NCBI GenBank assembly: GCA_010093815.1
Contig: ML996571.1
Length of the DNA: 64,000 nucleotides
Direction: 5' to 3' (one strand)
From: Pseudovirgaria hyperparasitica
Taxonomy: Eukaryota
Part shown: in pieces, positions 33,256 to 47,243 of the stretch
How positions within the stretch are numbered: the first letter of the stretch is position 1
How the letters are laid out: each line of letters opens with the position of its first letter
Notes under the pieces: generated by a model
Told to the model about the DNA's origin: nothing
Seen by the model: the letters and a program-made list of their open reading frames with translations, nothing else
The model's database searches: none
Position numbers and translations under genes: made by a program

Positions 33256-35779
33256 TCCACATCCGAAGACCAACACAAGACCCCCCACTCCTCGAATCGA
33301 TCCCGCAATGTCTACCTACCTACCTACGCAACCTCTGCATCCTCCGATCGGGATGGTGGTGCAGTTCCTTTGTCCAACCCGCACGAGAACTCCGCTTTCT
33401 GCATGCATCACATTCAGCTCAGCCATCCTCCATGTCCTGCCCCAAATAGCGGGGTTGCTTCCGAGGAATCACACTCATGTGTGTCAGGATTTGTCCAGAT
33501 TCTCGTAACCCAGAGATGTTCTTGCATTGCCCTGCCAGGCGAGGATGGTCCCATTCTGCAGAGCATTCCCGCATTGGGGCGGTCAGTGATGCTCCATCAC
33601 GAGAATGAAATTCGTTGCTGGGTGCGTGCAGGCGTCGCGAGCTGCAAGTTCGTCGGTCTTGGCATGCTCTTTCGATGTTGGGGAACGGGAGCATTCGCCT
33701 TCCGATCTCATGCACTCTTATATTGTCTGAGGGGCTTCACGGACTGTGCTCCATGTTGTCGACAGGCTTCCTCCATTATTCGTGTCGGAACTCTATGTAT
33801 GCGTCGTCCGAGCACCCCCACCACCACCACCACCACCACCACCAACATGCTGCATACTCACTCGCCCAAACAAAGAGAGCATACCGTGACACATCTCGCC
33901 ACAGCGCGGTGTCTGCAATGATGCTCCTACTCTGCAGCTGTCTCCATCTGCAGACGCAAGAGCTCTGGAGATCCCCCTCAAGACAAAAGGTAAAAAGCAA
34001 AAAGCACCATCCCAGCTAGCTACATCAACGGCCTGCACACACACATACACACACACAGAGACACACAACCATGTTGAACCAAGTCAGCCAGCCAGCCAGC
34101 CAGCCACAAACCTCAACACCTCGCCCACAACAACGATACATGCATGCTCGTCCGTCCTCAGTCCTCAACTCCTCTCACATGAGTGTACAAGGTTTTCCCC
34201 CTCCTCCTTTCCCCCCGCAAGGTTGTCGATTCGTGTCGTGTAGATGCCGACGTGCATCGTTGCCATCCACCCATGTCTCAAGCAAGTTCACCACAACCAC
34301 CTCACTCAAACACCTTCTTGTCCAGTCTGCTTTGCATGGAGTGTCCAAGGGTGAAGACGTTCTTGGTACTGAGTAGTGTGAGGAGACCGGCGATGGAGTC
34401 AGGAAGTGGATTGAAATGCAGCGTCATGCAGACTGTGCAGATCACTTAGGACTTGAGAAGGATATTGGGGGTTGCCATGCTCTATCTGGGGCATCATACC
34501 TCAAGCATGCATGCATTTGACGACATGGCATCGAATACGCATTGTGCTATGCTATGCTATGCTGCTGCGGACGGAGTACATACAGCGGACTAGTAAGTCG
34601 AGCCAGTAAGTCATGACTTTGGAACAAAGACAACTGCGTCAAAACGAGACCCTTCAGCTCAACCGCATCCCCCAATTCAACCCTTTTCTGTCACATATCT
34701 TAGGCCGTCAAGTAGATCTAGAGTGTCGTGTGTGTGTGTCCTACCGGAGTGTAAGCCCGAACCGCACTATGTTGGCATGTTGTACGTAGACGCTGTACAT
34801 ACACATATATCTATATATCCATCTACTCATCCCCAAAACCACTGCGTATCCACAGCACTACCAATGGAAATGGCTATAAGATGCTTGAATCACGTAACAT
34901 CAGACACTGTATCTCAACACCAAGGACACCTTTACGCACACACATATATATACATCCACCCATCCACCCATCTATTCATTCCCCCAGCACATCCGAAAAT
35001 CCACGCTCTCACCCACCCAACCACCACCTGCCACTCGCACGCCCCTGGCAAAACCCAGCCCCCTTTCATAAACTAGACAGGAGGTGAACGGAATCTCTGA
35101 AGAATTCACAGTTTGTGAGTCTATTAAACCTACTAATTCAGTCCAGTCTAGTCCAGTCCAGTCCAGTCCAGTCCAGTCCAGCTCTAGTTCCAGTCCGAGG
35201 ACAAACACACCAGTAGTCCCCTCATTCACTCCCCATGCCCATGCCCATGCCCATAACACAACTCCCCTTTCTCCTCCTCCCAACATATACACACACGCCT
35301 ACCCACCATTTTCACAGGAAGAAGAGGCACAAACCATCCCCACAATCCATCCACATACATACATACAGCCATCCGAATCTAAATCCAAATCCAAATCCAA
35401 ATACTCCCCCCCCCCTCCCCCAAAACAAAACAAAGAAAAGCCATATACACCACACGACCTGCCTGACCTACTGTTTCAAGCAACAACATAGCAAACGGGA
35501 AACAAGAGAAAAGAATGACTTCCATCTCCAATGCAACCCGCTAAACACGCCAAACATGCAGCTGCAGCCCACCCATAAAAGACGCAACACACTCACTCAC
35601 TCATTCACACCACGAATCAGGGTCCACGGAAGAAAGTATGTACCACAACCCTGCATGTAATGAATGTATCACACACACGAAAAACTACGAAACCCAACAA
35701 CAGCAAATAAAAAAACCCCCAACCATCAATCGCGGGCGAAACTGTTGGACTGCTGCTGTCATGAATGAATGAATGAATG

Positions 35780-35844
<65 letters not shown>
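35780..35844. repeat. (CAT)21 microsatellite
   Basis: Perfect trinucleotide run preceded by (ATGA)n; (CAGTC)n lies nearby at ~35138-35181. Confidence 0.95.
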
Positions 35845-36429
35845 CCAAACACCCAACGCACAATCGTAGCATTGCACGCCATCTTTTATATCTCATTTCA
35901 TTTCATTCCATTCCATTTTCACAACGTAGATACTCACTCTCACACAAACGTCACGCGTGAAAGAAAGAAATGGCAATGTTGAAAACAAAAAGGGTAATCG
36001 TGATTTCAAAAAAAAAAGTATTTTATTAGGTACTCATCTCAAACCCATGCCACCCCAGCCGCCTGGGAAGATAGAACAGAGCTACTTTGGGATCCTATGC
36101 GAACCGTGGTTGATCTGTCAATGTAGCTTAAGCGTATTGTTTACACCACCACAAACAAGGGTCGCAGCTGAAGTATTCGTTTCTCTATAACACGCTTTGT
36201 TCGTAAAGGAGTGACCAGATCGGGTAGATCAAATGTCCAAAATGAGACGCCCAAAAATAATTCCTCGACATAAAAGTAGGAGCGAACAGAAGGCCCGGGG
36301 AATCGTGCAACTATAATGCGCCATCTAACGCCAGTTGCGCCAAGTGCCAATGTACAGCCGTAAGTGAAGCATCTGTGATCCGTCCGCCTGCTTGCTAATA
36401 TCGACACGCCAAAATAGTATACCTTTCGC

Positions 36430-37736
36430 TCAGTCGATCGTCATCCGGGATGGCATAGGTTGCGCGGCTGGGCTGCCACCATATGCGGGCATCTCAGTCT
36501 GGTACTTGACCTCGTCGGCATTACCTACACCGCCGCGACGGTCTACATGCGGCTTGAGACCTTTGTTGAAGTTGTGCGTGCACATGCACGCGATGATAAT
36601 GGTGCCCACGAGAAGGACGATGGTCAGGCCAGCAAATGTCGAAAGCATGCGGCGCGCCGGCAGATAATCATTGGCACGGTCATCGTTGCTGTACATGCGG
36701 ATGAGCTTGAAGAGGAAATAGGCCATAGCCGCAAAGTAAATGATCTTCTCAAGTTAGCTTTGAGATGTGCAACGCAGAAAGAGTGCCCTTACAATAATAG
36801 CAATCATGCCGACCGTGTTTTCCTTTCGAGTCCAATAGGCAGCTAGCATCAAAAGGACAATCGTGACGGGAATGGCGGCGATCGTAAGCCAGAATTCCAC
36901 GTCTTTCGTGTTTGTTACGATGACAAGAAACTGTACCGTGAAGCCCAGGAAGAAGAAAAAATCAAACTTCAGAAGAGCAATGTAAATCTGTAGCCAGTAT
37001 TAGCACGCTGCGCAGCACAGATGGCAGGTCTTAGTGTACCTGGTATGTCAAATATCTTCTCTTCAGGCGAAGGTCGGCACTAATATGCTTGTAGATTGTC
37101 CATGCAAACTCATCATATAGCTTCCAGGTGACAACGACAAGGAACATCGTACCCACAGCCATAAGGATCGGGAGTGCGATGAGAGAGGCTTTGACACTGG
37201 ACCAAAAGTTGAGTCCTAAGATATTCTTTTCAGAAAGTCGGTCGACGTTGTCTTTGAGCTGATCGATCTGAATAGCAGCATAAACGAGGATTCCCATGTT
37301 GTAGACACAGAGACCGATAACCTGAATTGTGTTCTTTAAACGGAGAGCATCATAAACCAGAAGCAACTGGTAAATGAAACCGAACATGAAAACGGACAAG
37401 TAGGTGGGTATGGCATTTTTCAATGCCGTTACCGTCTGCCCACTGTTGTCTTCTGGTCCCGTCCTGTCTTCGTTGTCCACAGCAAATTGATATTTTCCGA
37501 AAACGTAACTAGGATTGTCAGCTCGCGACTCAAGAAAGGGTAGACAGATGTGTAACGCACGCCTCCAGAGCCAAGCCGACTATTGCTTGGACGAGGGCAA
37601 TCAGAAGAAACGACCACGTCCACCTCGAGCTGGGTTTATAGATGCCAACCATCTTGGGTTTATCTACTGGCTGAGCGACTGGGTATCCTTCGCGGTGATG
37701 AAAACCGCCAGCGTATGGAGCGTAGTTTCGATCCAA
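36430..37736 (-). CDS. Multi-pass membrane protein, UPF0658 Golgi-membrane-like (4 exons)
   Basis: IPTYLSVFMFGFIYQ, DALRLKNTIQVIGLC, LYDEFAWTIYKHISADL, Q|IYIALLKFDFFFFLGFTVQF, NFNKGLKPH; introns ~37511-37560, ~36988-37039 and ~36745-36792. Confidence 0.85.
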
Positions 37737-39197
37737 ATCTTGGCCTCCGAGGAGGGAGCGGCGGGACTCGTGACTAGTAATTTTGACGGACTTGAGCCGC
37801 TGGGCGCGGCGAACGAGAGGTTGGAGCGGGCGAGGGAGAGACGGCGAAAGCGTCGGAAGGCGGTGTTGCGGCGCTTTTGAGTCAGTCTCCGGTTTCTATT
37901 TTTACTACGGCGATGTGTTGGCGTGGTGTATTAGTCCCTAGAGCCTTCCAAAGGACAGCAGACGTCGAGAGCAAGTTTCGATGGTCCACGGACAAGGCTG
38001 AAGGTGATTGGGGTCTGAATATTGGTCGTACGGATGAGACCCTTTGAGCCTTAGCGAACGAGGGGAGAGGAGGTGGAGATGGTAACGATTGTCGGGTGCC
38101 AAATGCGCGTAGAAGACGATTTAGCACACAGAGGCGTGTGAGAGGAGTAGTAGGAAGAGGAGGAGATGGGGGATGAAATGAAGATGAAGGAAAAGCGGTC
38201 GTCAAGAAGAGAGAGAGAGAGAGAAGAGATGTGGAGAAGCCGGAGTGTCAGGCAAGCAACGAGCCGCAAGCACCACCAGGTCAGCCAGGCACAGACTGGT
38301 TGCAGGTTGCAGGAAAGGGCAAAACGTAGCAGAGGAAAAGAAGCACAAGCCCCGCCAAGAGTCCACTGTCCACCACCCGCCCAGCGCAGAAAAGGGCGGA
38401 AAATGGCAGAAAGCAGCGGGTCAGCCAATCACAGGACGTCTTTTATCTTATGCCTTATTCACTTTCGTAGTCCTTTTTGTTGGTTTGCAGAGTCACTTGA
38501 TGATATGCCTACAATGCGACTTCATAATAGACAGTCTCCGATGCTCTCATCTCTCGTGTCCAACAACTGACTGCCTGACCTTGTTGTGGTGCCATCGTAA
38601 GGTATCAGCATGTTGCGGTTAATCCCGGCACGTGATTGAACTATGGCTTAAACCAAGCAAGCCTCCTGTGGCTGAGTCGATCTTGTGGAGCCACTTGGAC
38701 CCATCAGCCATTTGTTTATCCTCCGTTCACGACGCCGATAATTGAAAGGAGTTCAATATGTAGAACTCTTCGTCTGGATTTCTTCACCATGGCAGTGCTA
38801 GGAATCTATCTGAGTAGCTATGCTATGCTAGAAGAAACCTGCTCATTGCTCCGTATTACTGCCTTGTAGATTGAACATAACAACCCCTGCGTCGTGCGAT
38901 ACACGACCATGAGCCACACTATCCATTTCCTACTGGGTTTCAGCTCCCATCATCCCTGAGCGATTGGTGGCCCTGGCTCTCCTGAAGTCTTGAAACGATG
39001 CCTTTCGCATTCTGGTTGTTCTCTTGACCTACACGTGACTCTCTCCTCCAGGGATCTTCTTTCATCATCGCAGTAGACCCTGAGGGACGCGACCTCACGC
39101 GCCAATCCACTTAACCCGGTCCTGCCATAAGCCTCATGTCCTTCGCCCACAGCCTTCGACTCAGATCCAGCGCAGAAGCCTTGTCTGCATAGTTATC

Positions 39198-40873
39198 ATG
39201 AGCTCCGGTGCGTACTCCACCACCTTCTGGAAGGTCTCATTACTGATCATGAAATATGACAGAAGTCATGCTGGAAAAGGCGGCCAAAGATGGCACCTTC
39301 GATCCGTATGCATACCGTTCATGGTGTCGATCATAAGCTCACGAATATACAGCAACGATTGGCCTCCAGTCCTTGAGACTGTCCTCGCTCGACTAGACCA
39401 TGTTCGTGTGCTTCTGGACGCTGCTATAGCTTATGCGACTAACAGTGTCCCAAGATCTTCCACCACGAATTTCCCCGTCCTTTCACAGTCACCCTCGAGG
39501 CACAACACGTCCTTCCCGCGATACATACTCCTGTCAAGCAAAACCAAACATCCAGCCAAGACTCACAGACTGCGGATAAAGAGAATGCACCTCCTTCCAC
39601 CCCTCCATCTCGTCCTCCCGTCCCACCCTTTTCCCGACCGACTCAAGACCTAACACCAACATCTTCACCCACACTGGCTGGCGACGCTACATCGCATACG
39701 TATCCACCAGAGCTGATATCTCTCCACAATAATATACGCACGTCGCTGAAGCAGAACTTTCCAAAGTTTCCACCCCACACCATTCAGCGTCTAGCAGAAC
39801 TCATCGTCAGCCCAAAGGCGCATTACCGTTTCCTGCCACCATACCTACGCGCATTGGACCGCGTAGTATCTGTTTCGAGTCCGACGACCATATTCCCCCT
39901 TCCACAAGCCACACTTCCTTCCAATCACAACCTCGTCAATGGCGGAGCATCTATGGCCGCAAGCTCTAGTGCCAGCTTTGGAAGCGATGAGTCCCTAGGC
40001 GGTGCTCTCCTCACACCTATCCCATGGCTGAGGCCTGAACGCCCACAAGACGAAGGCTCTGCACGAATGAGCAGCAGCAACAGCAGCCAGAACGAGCTGA
40101 TCTCAGAATCTACAGAAATGGTCGACGGTCCCAATGGCACCGGCCGCATTGAAACAGTGACTGTCTCCAACGGCGTCCTAACAACCACAACCTCGCACTC
40201 TGGCACTCTCACCGTCCCCTCCAACGCTCCGCGAAGCATCACCCAGATGAGCACCGAATCCCTCCGCGACACCGGCGCTATCACACAGGGCGAGCTCCTC
40301 CGCCAGGAACAAGAAGCCGGCGTCGTCCCCGTCTCCCAGACGCACACGGGCGCCTCCCACTCGCAACCTCACGCCCACCCACAACCGCGGAGCATCCTTC
40401 CATCCAACGCCATGTCACAGCAAGACCTAGACGAAACGACCTCGGACATGTCCGCGGTGCCAAGTGTGGAAACAGACGTCGTCGTAGCGGGCGCTACACA
40501 CGATTCCGAGATGGCCACCGACGAGCAGCGTGACGAGCGCCCGCATGCGCGTGGTCCAGAGCAGATCGGCATGGAGGACATGGGCCCGCAGCGGGATCGG
40601 AGTGGATCCCACTTGGACATTGCGGCTGCCGTAGGGCGGACGCTGACGAGTCCGGGGAGGAGTAGCGTTAGCCCAGACGTGAAACGGGATGTAGCAGAGA
40701 ACAAGGACGAGGAGATGGCGGATGCTGAGCTTGGTCACGGCGAGGGAGGCCAAGATGCAGAGGAGGGCACTGTGCTCACTGATGTAGACGGCAACACCGA
40801 CGAGAAGCTAGATAAGATGGATGCGCAAGGTGAAGGGAAAGGCGCCGAGGGCGTAGATACGTCTGCACAATGA
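39198..40873 (+). CDS. PSY4: Protein phosphatase 4 regulatory subunit 2 (PPP4R2/Psy4), 4 exons
   Basis: Short 5' exons MSS|EVMLEKAAKDGTFDP|NDWPPVLETVLARLDH; core PPHTIQRLAELIVSPKAHY..YLRALDRVVSVSS; LGGALLTPIPWL; acidic tail. Confidence 0.85.
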
Positions 40874-41285
40874 GCGAAAGCCTTCTTTCCTAGGCTGCTA
40901 TTGCTACCGCAACTTCCAATATATGACCGTCATGATCCCCTCAGAGCCGTCCGCAGCATGTATATATATATATAATAAAACGTGCCGTTGTTCACAGGGT
41001 GTAAACATATTATCCCAATCTATATCCACCCATGTGTAACACCATACTATGCGCATCGAAAAGACAAAAGAGACACATCTACCTCGCTGGAAAGATGAAT
41101 GCTAGGTAGGCAGGGTATTGATAACTAGCGAATATACATAGGGGAAAAGTCGCTGTCTTCGCGTATATCTAGGCGAAAGGAGAGGGGGTGGGGGTATCAA
41201 TCATGACCTGCTGTAAAGCCCTTCTGGCTCCAAACGGAAATACACACACACAAAAAAGGAAACGTAGTGGCAGTCCGTTCCATCA

Positions 41286-43767
41286 TTATTCTCTCAATGC
41301 GTCCCCAAGCGCATCCACATCGACGTTCTCGACTGTCAACTGATATGGCGTCTCCGGCTCAGGTCCGAAGCCCCAGATCGGCCCTGCCTGATTCACGCCA
41401 GGTGCTCGCATGCGGAACGTGCGTGCTCGTACCGTCGCCGCGGCATTCTTCTCTTTCTCCTTTTCCTTCTCCTTCTCCTTCGTCTTGCGCGCAATGTCCT
41501 TTCCACCATCCAGCGTCGTGTGTAGACTTGAAACCTCGGAATTTGTCCCCGATGCCGAGCTCGCTGGTGACCTGAGTGCGTCTGGATATAGTGTATTTGA
41601 AGACGACGTCAATGGCGTATTCCCCCATGTCCCCTTTATCCATCCACCGAATTTCTGGCTTAGTGTCGTGCTACTTGCTCTGCTTTTTAGCGTGCTCCCG
41701 CTCGCGGATGGCATACGGTGCATTGTGCTTAGCAGGGCACGGCTGTCCTGACCACGCAAACGCGCAGATGAGATTTTGGCATGCGCGAAATGTGCGCTCA
41801 GCATAGCGCCACCGCTCGAACTGGCGGCTGCACTTGTAGAGAGTAGGTGATGCGATGGCCGGTGTGCGATGTGGATGTCCATACCGGCGACAGAGATGGA
41901 GTCTGATGAGCCGCGTCGGACGCGTGTGTACGAAGGCGAAAAATAATCAGGTAAGACATCTTCGGATTCGTGTTCGAGATCGGTGGAAGAGGAAGAGTCG
42001 CGTGCTGTGATTGGTACATTCGAGGTAGACCCCGCGCCAGGATGGCCGTCCTCTTGCTCGTGTTCGGTCTCCTCGAGTATGGTCGTGTTTGCGATTTGAG
42101 GTTCTGCGGAAGTCGAAAATTGGGATACAGTGGGTTTGGCGAGGCTTGCAGTGGGTGCCGAAATGGTACGGATAGGAAAGGGTGAGGAGAAATTCCGGGT
42201 TGTAGGCGTCTTTGATTTCTTCTGAGGTTTGGAGGGTTTAGGGACCTCTAATTCGGGATCGTCGAGAGCTTCATTTGGGATAGGTGGTAGTTTCGTAGGG
42301 GTCATCTCAGGTGAAGGAAAGGTTGAACTTGCTGGACTTGTCGGTCGGGAGGAGTCGTACGCTGCTTCGCTGAAGACGCGATCAAAGAGGGAGGACGGGC
42401 GTCGGGAATGTGTATATGGCGAACCTGGTACTGAAGAAGCGTATGATGTCCCAGTTTGATTGGACTGCATAGACCAACGGTTGGTGTGGGTTGAATGGGG
42501 TATCGTCACGGCGGTATGCTGTAAGATGGCTGTGGAAGATTGTATGTTCTTGGGGGTCAAGCGCGATATCGAAGCGCGAGATGCACTCGACGGCGTCGAG
42601 GCATGTGACGCAGGTGACTGGAAATGTGCCGGGGTGATCGACTTCCTATTAGTCTTCTTGACGCGTCGCTGGACATGATGATGGACGTGAAGATGTAGCT
42701 CAGGGCTCTTGTCGAGCTGGAGTTCTTTCTCCAAGGTCGGCGTAGGCGTTGTAACTCTACTTTCATCCTGCATAGGTTGGTGTAGAACGACTTGCTCTCT
42801 CAGGCGCTCTACTTCTTCGTTTGAGTTTGTGAGCATCTCCCGCAGTTCCACGATACCCAGTTGGAGGTTGGCGTTGTCTTGAAGAATATCCTTCACGAAA
42901 TGGGACACCACATTAGTCCCATTCTTCTCGCCAGTAGTCTTCATGGCTGCCGCTCCCTTGAGACGTCCTGCAGCAGTTTCGAGCTCTCGCTCTACAGCAC
43001 GCCTTCTCTCCATACGACCCACTACTTCGATATGGCGCTCACGCTCCTCTTTTGCCTCACGTTCGATCTGGTCAAGCTGGTCCTGCAGGTGTGCGATCGT
43101 TCGCTCGGCCTGTTGCCACCTGTGGATTGCACTAATCTTCTCCTCGTCTGTATGAGCTACTTTTTCATGCAGTATGGCTTGCTCATTCTCAAGGTCGGCG
43201 AGCTGACGTTCCAAGCTTTCTGTTCGTGCTGCGAGGATTGAGAGGCGTTTCAATTCGAGTTGAGTGGACTCCAGAGTAGCAGTCAAGCTCTTGACTTGTG
43301 TTTCTGACTCGGCCAATGCATCGTTGAGTTCCTCAAGCTGGTTCAAAAGCTCCCTGTTTTCTTGTATAGTCTTTGTGTTTGCAATCTCTAGGCTCAACTT
43401 CTGCTGCTCCAGCCTCTCGATACAGGCTGCCATATCGGTACGTTCGCGTTCGGCGTCCAGCATGTAAGCTTCGTGGCGAACTAAGAGGGCCTGGAGAAAG
43501 GAATGTCAATAAATATCCTTCCGATCGGACATTGCGACGACCAGGGTCCCAATATTAATGGTAAGACAAGCGCGCCCGGTAGTACGCCATCGTGTGGTAC
43601 GCAGTCGGGAAGACAATGCAGGTACATACCTGGCCTTTGCTTGCAGCTTGCTTCACGTCTCTTTCAAGACTATCGACCGTACGGGCGTTCTTCTGTAGTA
43701 TTGGGCAGCCTCTCTGACCGCAGCAACACGGTATCGTGGCGCGTTCCGCGGGGCTTGGGTCGTCCAT
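41286..43767 (-). CDS. Conserved fungal coiled-coil protein of unknown function (2 exons)
   Basis: ATG 43767 MDDPSP..CCCGQRGC..LERDVKQAASKGQ|ALLVRHEAYM; long heptad region; VVSHFVKDILQDNANLQ; Ser/Pro-rich tail ending RAPGVNQAGPI. Confidence 0.82.
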
Positions 43768-44359
43768 GGCTAACGGCTTGGACGACGGCGACAACACAGG
43801 AGATTCCGACCAAGTCGAGCATAATACCGGGGGAATTATGTAGAAGACAGCGAACGGTGGATTGACAGAAGGTAAGGAGGCAAAAATGAAGGAGCTGGGG
43901 AAATCAAGTGACTTGACTTGACTGACTGACCGACTGACTGAGTGAGTGCAGGTCTGGGTCTGGGACACCTACCGGGACACCTGGACGTGAAAGAGGCGTT
44001 GCAGTGGTGCCTGTAACACACTGGCCCTTGGGACGTGGTTGACAAGTCAGCTTTTACTAACCGGAATAGGCATCGCGCCTCGGCCTTGGTTTATGTATGT
44101 TGGTAGGTTTCTGACGCATCGCCAGCCACCGCCTTTCGCTCCGCAGATCACTCGACCGCATACACATGTCAACAAATAACAATCAAATATAGCGACATTT
44201 AGGTGGACCTCGTGCACTAGCTTTCGGCTTCCCGCTCCCGCCATCTTGTTTACGTGCGGTGCGGTGACTGGTAACTTCGAACCTTCAACCACCGAACCAC
44301 TCCGATAATAAGTCCACCGTCTGAACCACACCATCACCTTCATCGTCAAGATCCATACC

Positions 44360-46402
44360 TTAGCTCGACAGTTCCTCCATAGCGTCGTCAACGAAACGGT
44401 CCAGTTCCATGTCATGTTCGTCTGCGACATCTGACTGGGCGCCAATGCTCAATTCTGGCTGCTCTCCATCAGCTAGGTCTTCGTCTCGCGACACCATGCT
44501 ATGAGTTCTCTTGCGTGATTGAGGTCCGCTCTCAAAGCCGTCTGTATCGCTCTCAGGCCTGGGATCGTACGTAAACATGCCGATCGAGTTGCGAAGAGAT
44601 CTCTGCGCTTTAGCCTTTTGTATGACTTCCATTCGCTCCCGCTCTCCTGCTACCCCTTCCATAACTTTGATCAATTTCCGCCATTCTTTTGGGTCACGCT
44701 CTGGGTTGACAACATCTTGCCCGTTGAACATCTTTAGGTCAAGCGCATCGTTCCTCGATTCTGCCCAGTACCATTGTTTCCCATCTTTGATGCGGCTATC
44801 ATTGAGCCGAGCCTGTTTTCGTGCCGATTCCATGCCTTTCCGACCTTTACCGAGAACGCGGTCTCCTCCAGGAAACCATAGATTCATTGCCTCGTTCTCA
44901 TAATGTCGACCTAGGATACGGTTGAAGGACACTTTCAGCATCCTACTAAGATCATGCTTCAGGATCCATCTCTCGTCACGCCATGTGTACCCTGTACCGA
45001 ATATAAATACGGTAGATTGGTACGGACGGCCGTCATCATAATCGTCTTTACTGGCTTGGTCAAGTCCAGTGAAGGTTAGCTGAATAGATCTGATTTTCAG
45101 TACATCTGTGACCTCAGCGCCTGAATTTTCGGGTAGGAGGCGAACCGTGTCTCCTACCAGTATGAGTTCTGAACTGATATACATTCCTTCGCAGTAGACC
45201 GAGGCTGAGGGCCAAGTCCCTTTGAATCGAAATTTTTCAACGAGCGAGAATGTCGACATAAGCGTTATCGCGTGATGGATTGTTGGGTGCCATTCGTGCT
45301 CCGGCACATTTATCAAAAACTCTCTCCAGAAGATGAATGGGCGGACTTGATGCAGGTACACATATTTATGCTGCATGGACAAGGTTTTATCCTTGCTCCC
45401 GAGTTCGGGTAAGGGTTCCACACGTAACCCGGCGTAATTGACATTCCACTCCTGCTTTTCTGCTGGTTCATGAATAAGATCTGCGATCGGAATAGATATG
45501 TCATGATGAACGGATTGCGAGACAACGCCAGCCTCCCAATTCGCCGGACGAATAAATTTTTCGGTGCCTGTATCATACACACGATACACACTACGTTCTT
45601 CGTCGTATTGCACTTCTTCGCCTGGTGTGACGTTCCTGAGAAATAACACAACATCCCCGATTCGTGGCATCCATGGAGGCCTAAGGTTGGTAGTACGCAA
45701 CCACTCGAGTGTAAGCGCCCGTTCAGCGCGCCAATCCATGGATAGGGTCTCCGTTATGTCTTCATCAATGCTCCCTCGCTGCTGTAGGTCATCAATCAAG
45801 TTGCGGTACACATCAGGGGTTCCTTCGTCGTCCACTTGGGCGGTCCGGCCAAAGGGTAGCTTCGAGGGTCGCTCGACAGACTTAAAATACGCAGAAGTAG
45901 TGGGTTCCAACGGACGTCTTGTCATGGGCATTGATGGCTTGGCGGCTGATGCTGAAGTCGAGATAGACGGGGAACTGCCGAAACGATTGGCAGCGCCACC
46001 TAGAACACCTTTGCTACCGGAACAGAGAGTACAAGGGCAGCCGATGTTACTGCCTCCAGTTTCCATCAAATGCAGAAAGTGTGGGTAATACCTGTTAGGC
46101 GAGTCGAATTTGCCTCGGGGGCCTCCAAATAGCCATTTGTCTACATGCTTCGGGTGACCAGGACGGGGTCTCTCCCACAGGGTGTAGCCATGAGGCAGCC
46201 GATCAAGCCGGTATGTAACGCCGCGTTGAGCTTGCCCCCTGGTTTCCATCCATAATTGCCCGATCTTTTCGAGATAGAGCGTTGGAGGGTCGACTGGTGT
46301 GTGAGTCGCGTAACTTGGATGCACCGTTGGATCGCCGTCAGACCCAGAGTTGATTGGCACTATGACAACTACCCCAGAGGACATCTCTCTGAGCTTAGTC
46401 AT
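44360..46402 (-). CDS. clr2: Cryptic loci regulator 2 (Clr2)-like heterochromatin silencing protein
   Basis: N-domain LPHGYTLWE..DKWLFG..FDSPNRYYPHFLHL..CPCTLC; WMPRIGDVVLF; VRPFIFW; C-terminal GMYISSELILVGDTVRL. Confidence 0.85.
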   Translation of the reverse strand: MTKLREMSSGVVVIVPINSGSDGDPTVHPSYATHTPVDPPTLYLEKIGQLWMETRGQAQRGVTYRLDRLPHGYTLWERPRPGHPKHVDKWLFGGPRGKFDSPNRYYPHFLHLMETGGSNIGCPCTLCSGSKGVLGGAANRFGSSPSISTSASAAKPSMPMTRRPLEPTTSAYFKSVERPSKLPFGRTAQVDDEGTPDVYRNLIDDLQQRGSIDEDITETLSMDWRAERALTLEWLRTTNLRPPWMPRIGDVVLFLRNVTPGEEVQYDEERSVYRVYDTGTEKFIRPANWEAGVVSQSVHHDISIPIADLIHEPAEKQEWNVNYAGLRVEPLPELGSKDKTLSMQHKYVYLHQVRPFIFWREFLINVPEHEWHPTIHHAITLMSTFSLVEKFRFKGTWPSASVYCEGMYISSELILVGDTVRLLPENSGAEVTDVLKIRSIQLTFTGLDQASKDDYDDGRPYQSTVFIFGTGYTWRDERWILKHDLSRMLKVSFNRILGRHYENEAMNLWFPGGDRVLGKGRKGMESARKQARLNDSRIKDGKQWYWAESRNDALDLKMFNGQDVVNPERDPKEWRKLIKVMEGVAGERERMEVIQKAKAQRSLRNSIGMFTYDPRPESDTDGFESGPQSRKRTHSMVSRDEDLADGEQPELSIGAQSDVADEHDMELDRFVDDAMEELSS

Positions 46403-47243
46403 GTTCGTAGGAACTTGCGAGTAGGTTCAGAAACAAAGCAGGAAAGTAGAAATAGTGGTCAAGCTAAGTGACTTGAAAACAAAACGGTGCTGGACCAGCA
46501 CCTGGTCTTGTGGCACTACTCAAGCCCAAACTTATGAGAATATTCATTACTTTCCGCGATGAGTGACCAAACAAGGCGACTTACCAAAGCAAGTAGTGTT
46601 ATAATGCTTGTCTGATGGGACAGCAGTGAAGAAGGGTCAAATGCTCGCTAGGATTCATTGAGAGAGGTACGCCTCAGTGAGCTGGAAAATGCCACGTAGA
46701 TCTTCGCTGACTGTCCAAAGATGGATAAGAAAGTGAGTCGAGATACACATTCACAGTGTTGATGTTGGTAGATTGATATGTGCTATCATTATCGTGGATT
46801 AGGGATGAAGACCCTCGGCGCGCAGATCGGATGAGAACGAATCAGCAAAGCCGGGAAAAGCAAAGATCCGAAACTAAACTAATCCCCACTTCTCTTACTA
46901 GTTGAAGGTTCGCGGCGTGATTAGAGCTACTTCCCCGCCATTCACAGGCCAACTTGAGTTCTGGCTAATGCTGCTAGAACCGCCTCAGTCAACGCCCCAT
47001 CTCTTTTCTCATGTCTAGTTGGAAGGATTCGCGCATCCATCGCTCCTAAAACGATGGGCGACGCCAAATCTTCTTCTTGTGCCCTCGGCATTGCTCTCCT
47101 TCTCGCCTTCGTTGTTTCCATCAGGTCTTTGTTGACTCTTGAGCCTTTGCGCGTGCGCCCATCGGTCAACTCGAATACAAAGAAGCGAGTTGCACAAAGA
47201 ACCGCAGTGGCATCATCCTCGACGCCGCTCAAATAACGCCGAA

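Noticed and set aside
33136..35990. 261-aa ORF and several 100-140 aa ORFs
   Set aside because: Non-ATG or low-complexity frames built on microsatellites, with no recognisable domains.
44360..46402. Functional link between Clr2 and the silenced transposon
   Set aside because: About 29 kb apart with unrelated genes between; Clr2 is a general chromatin factor.
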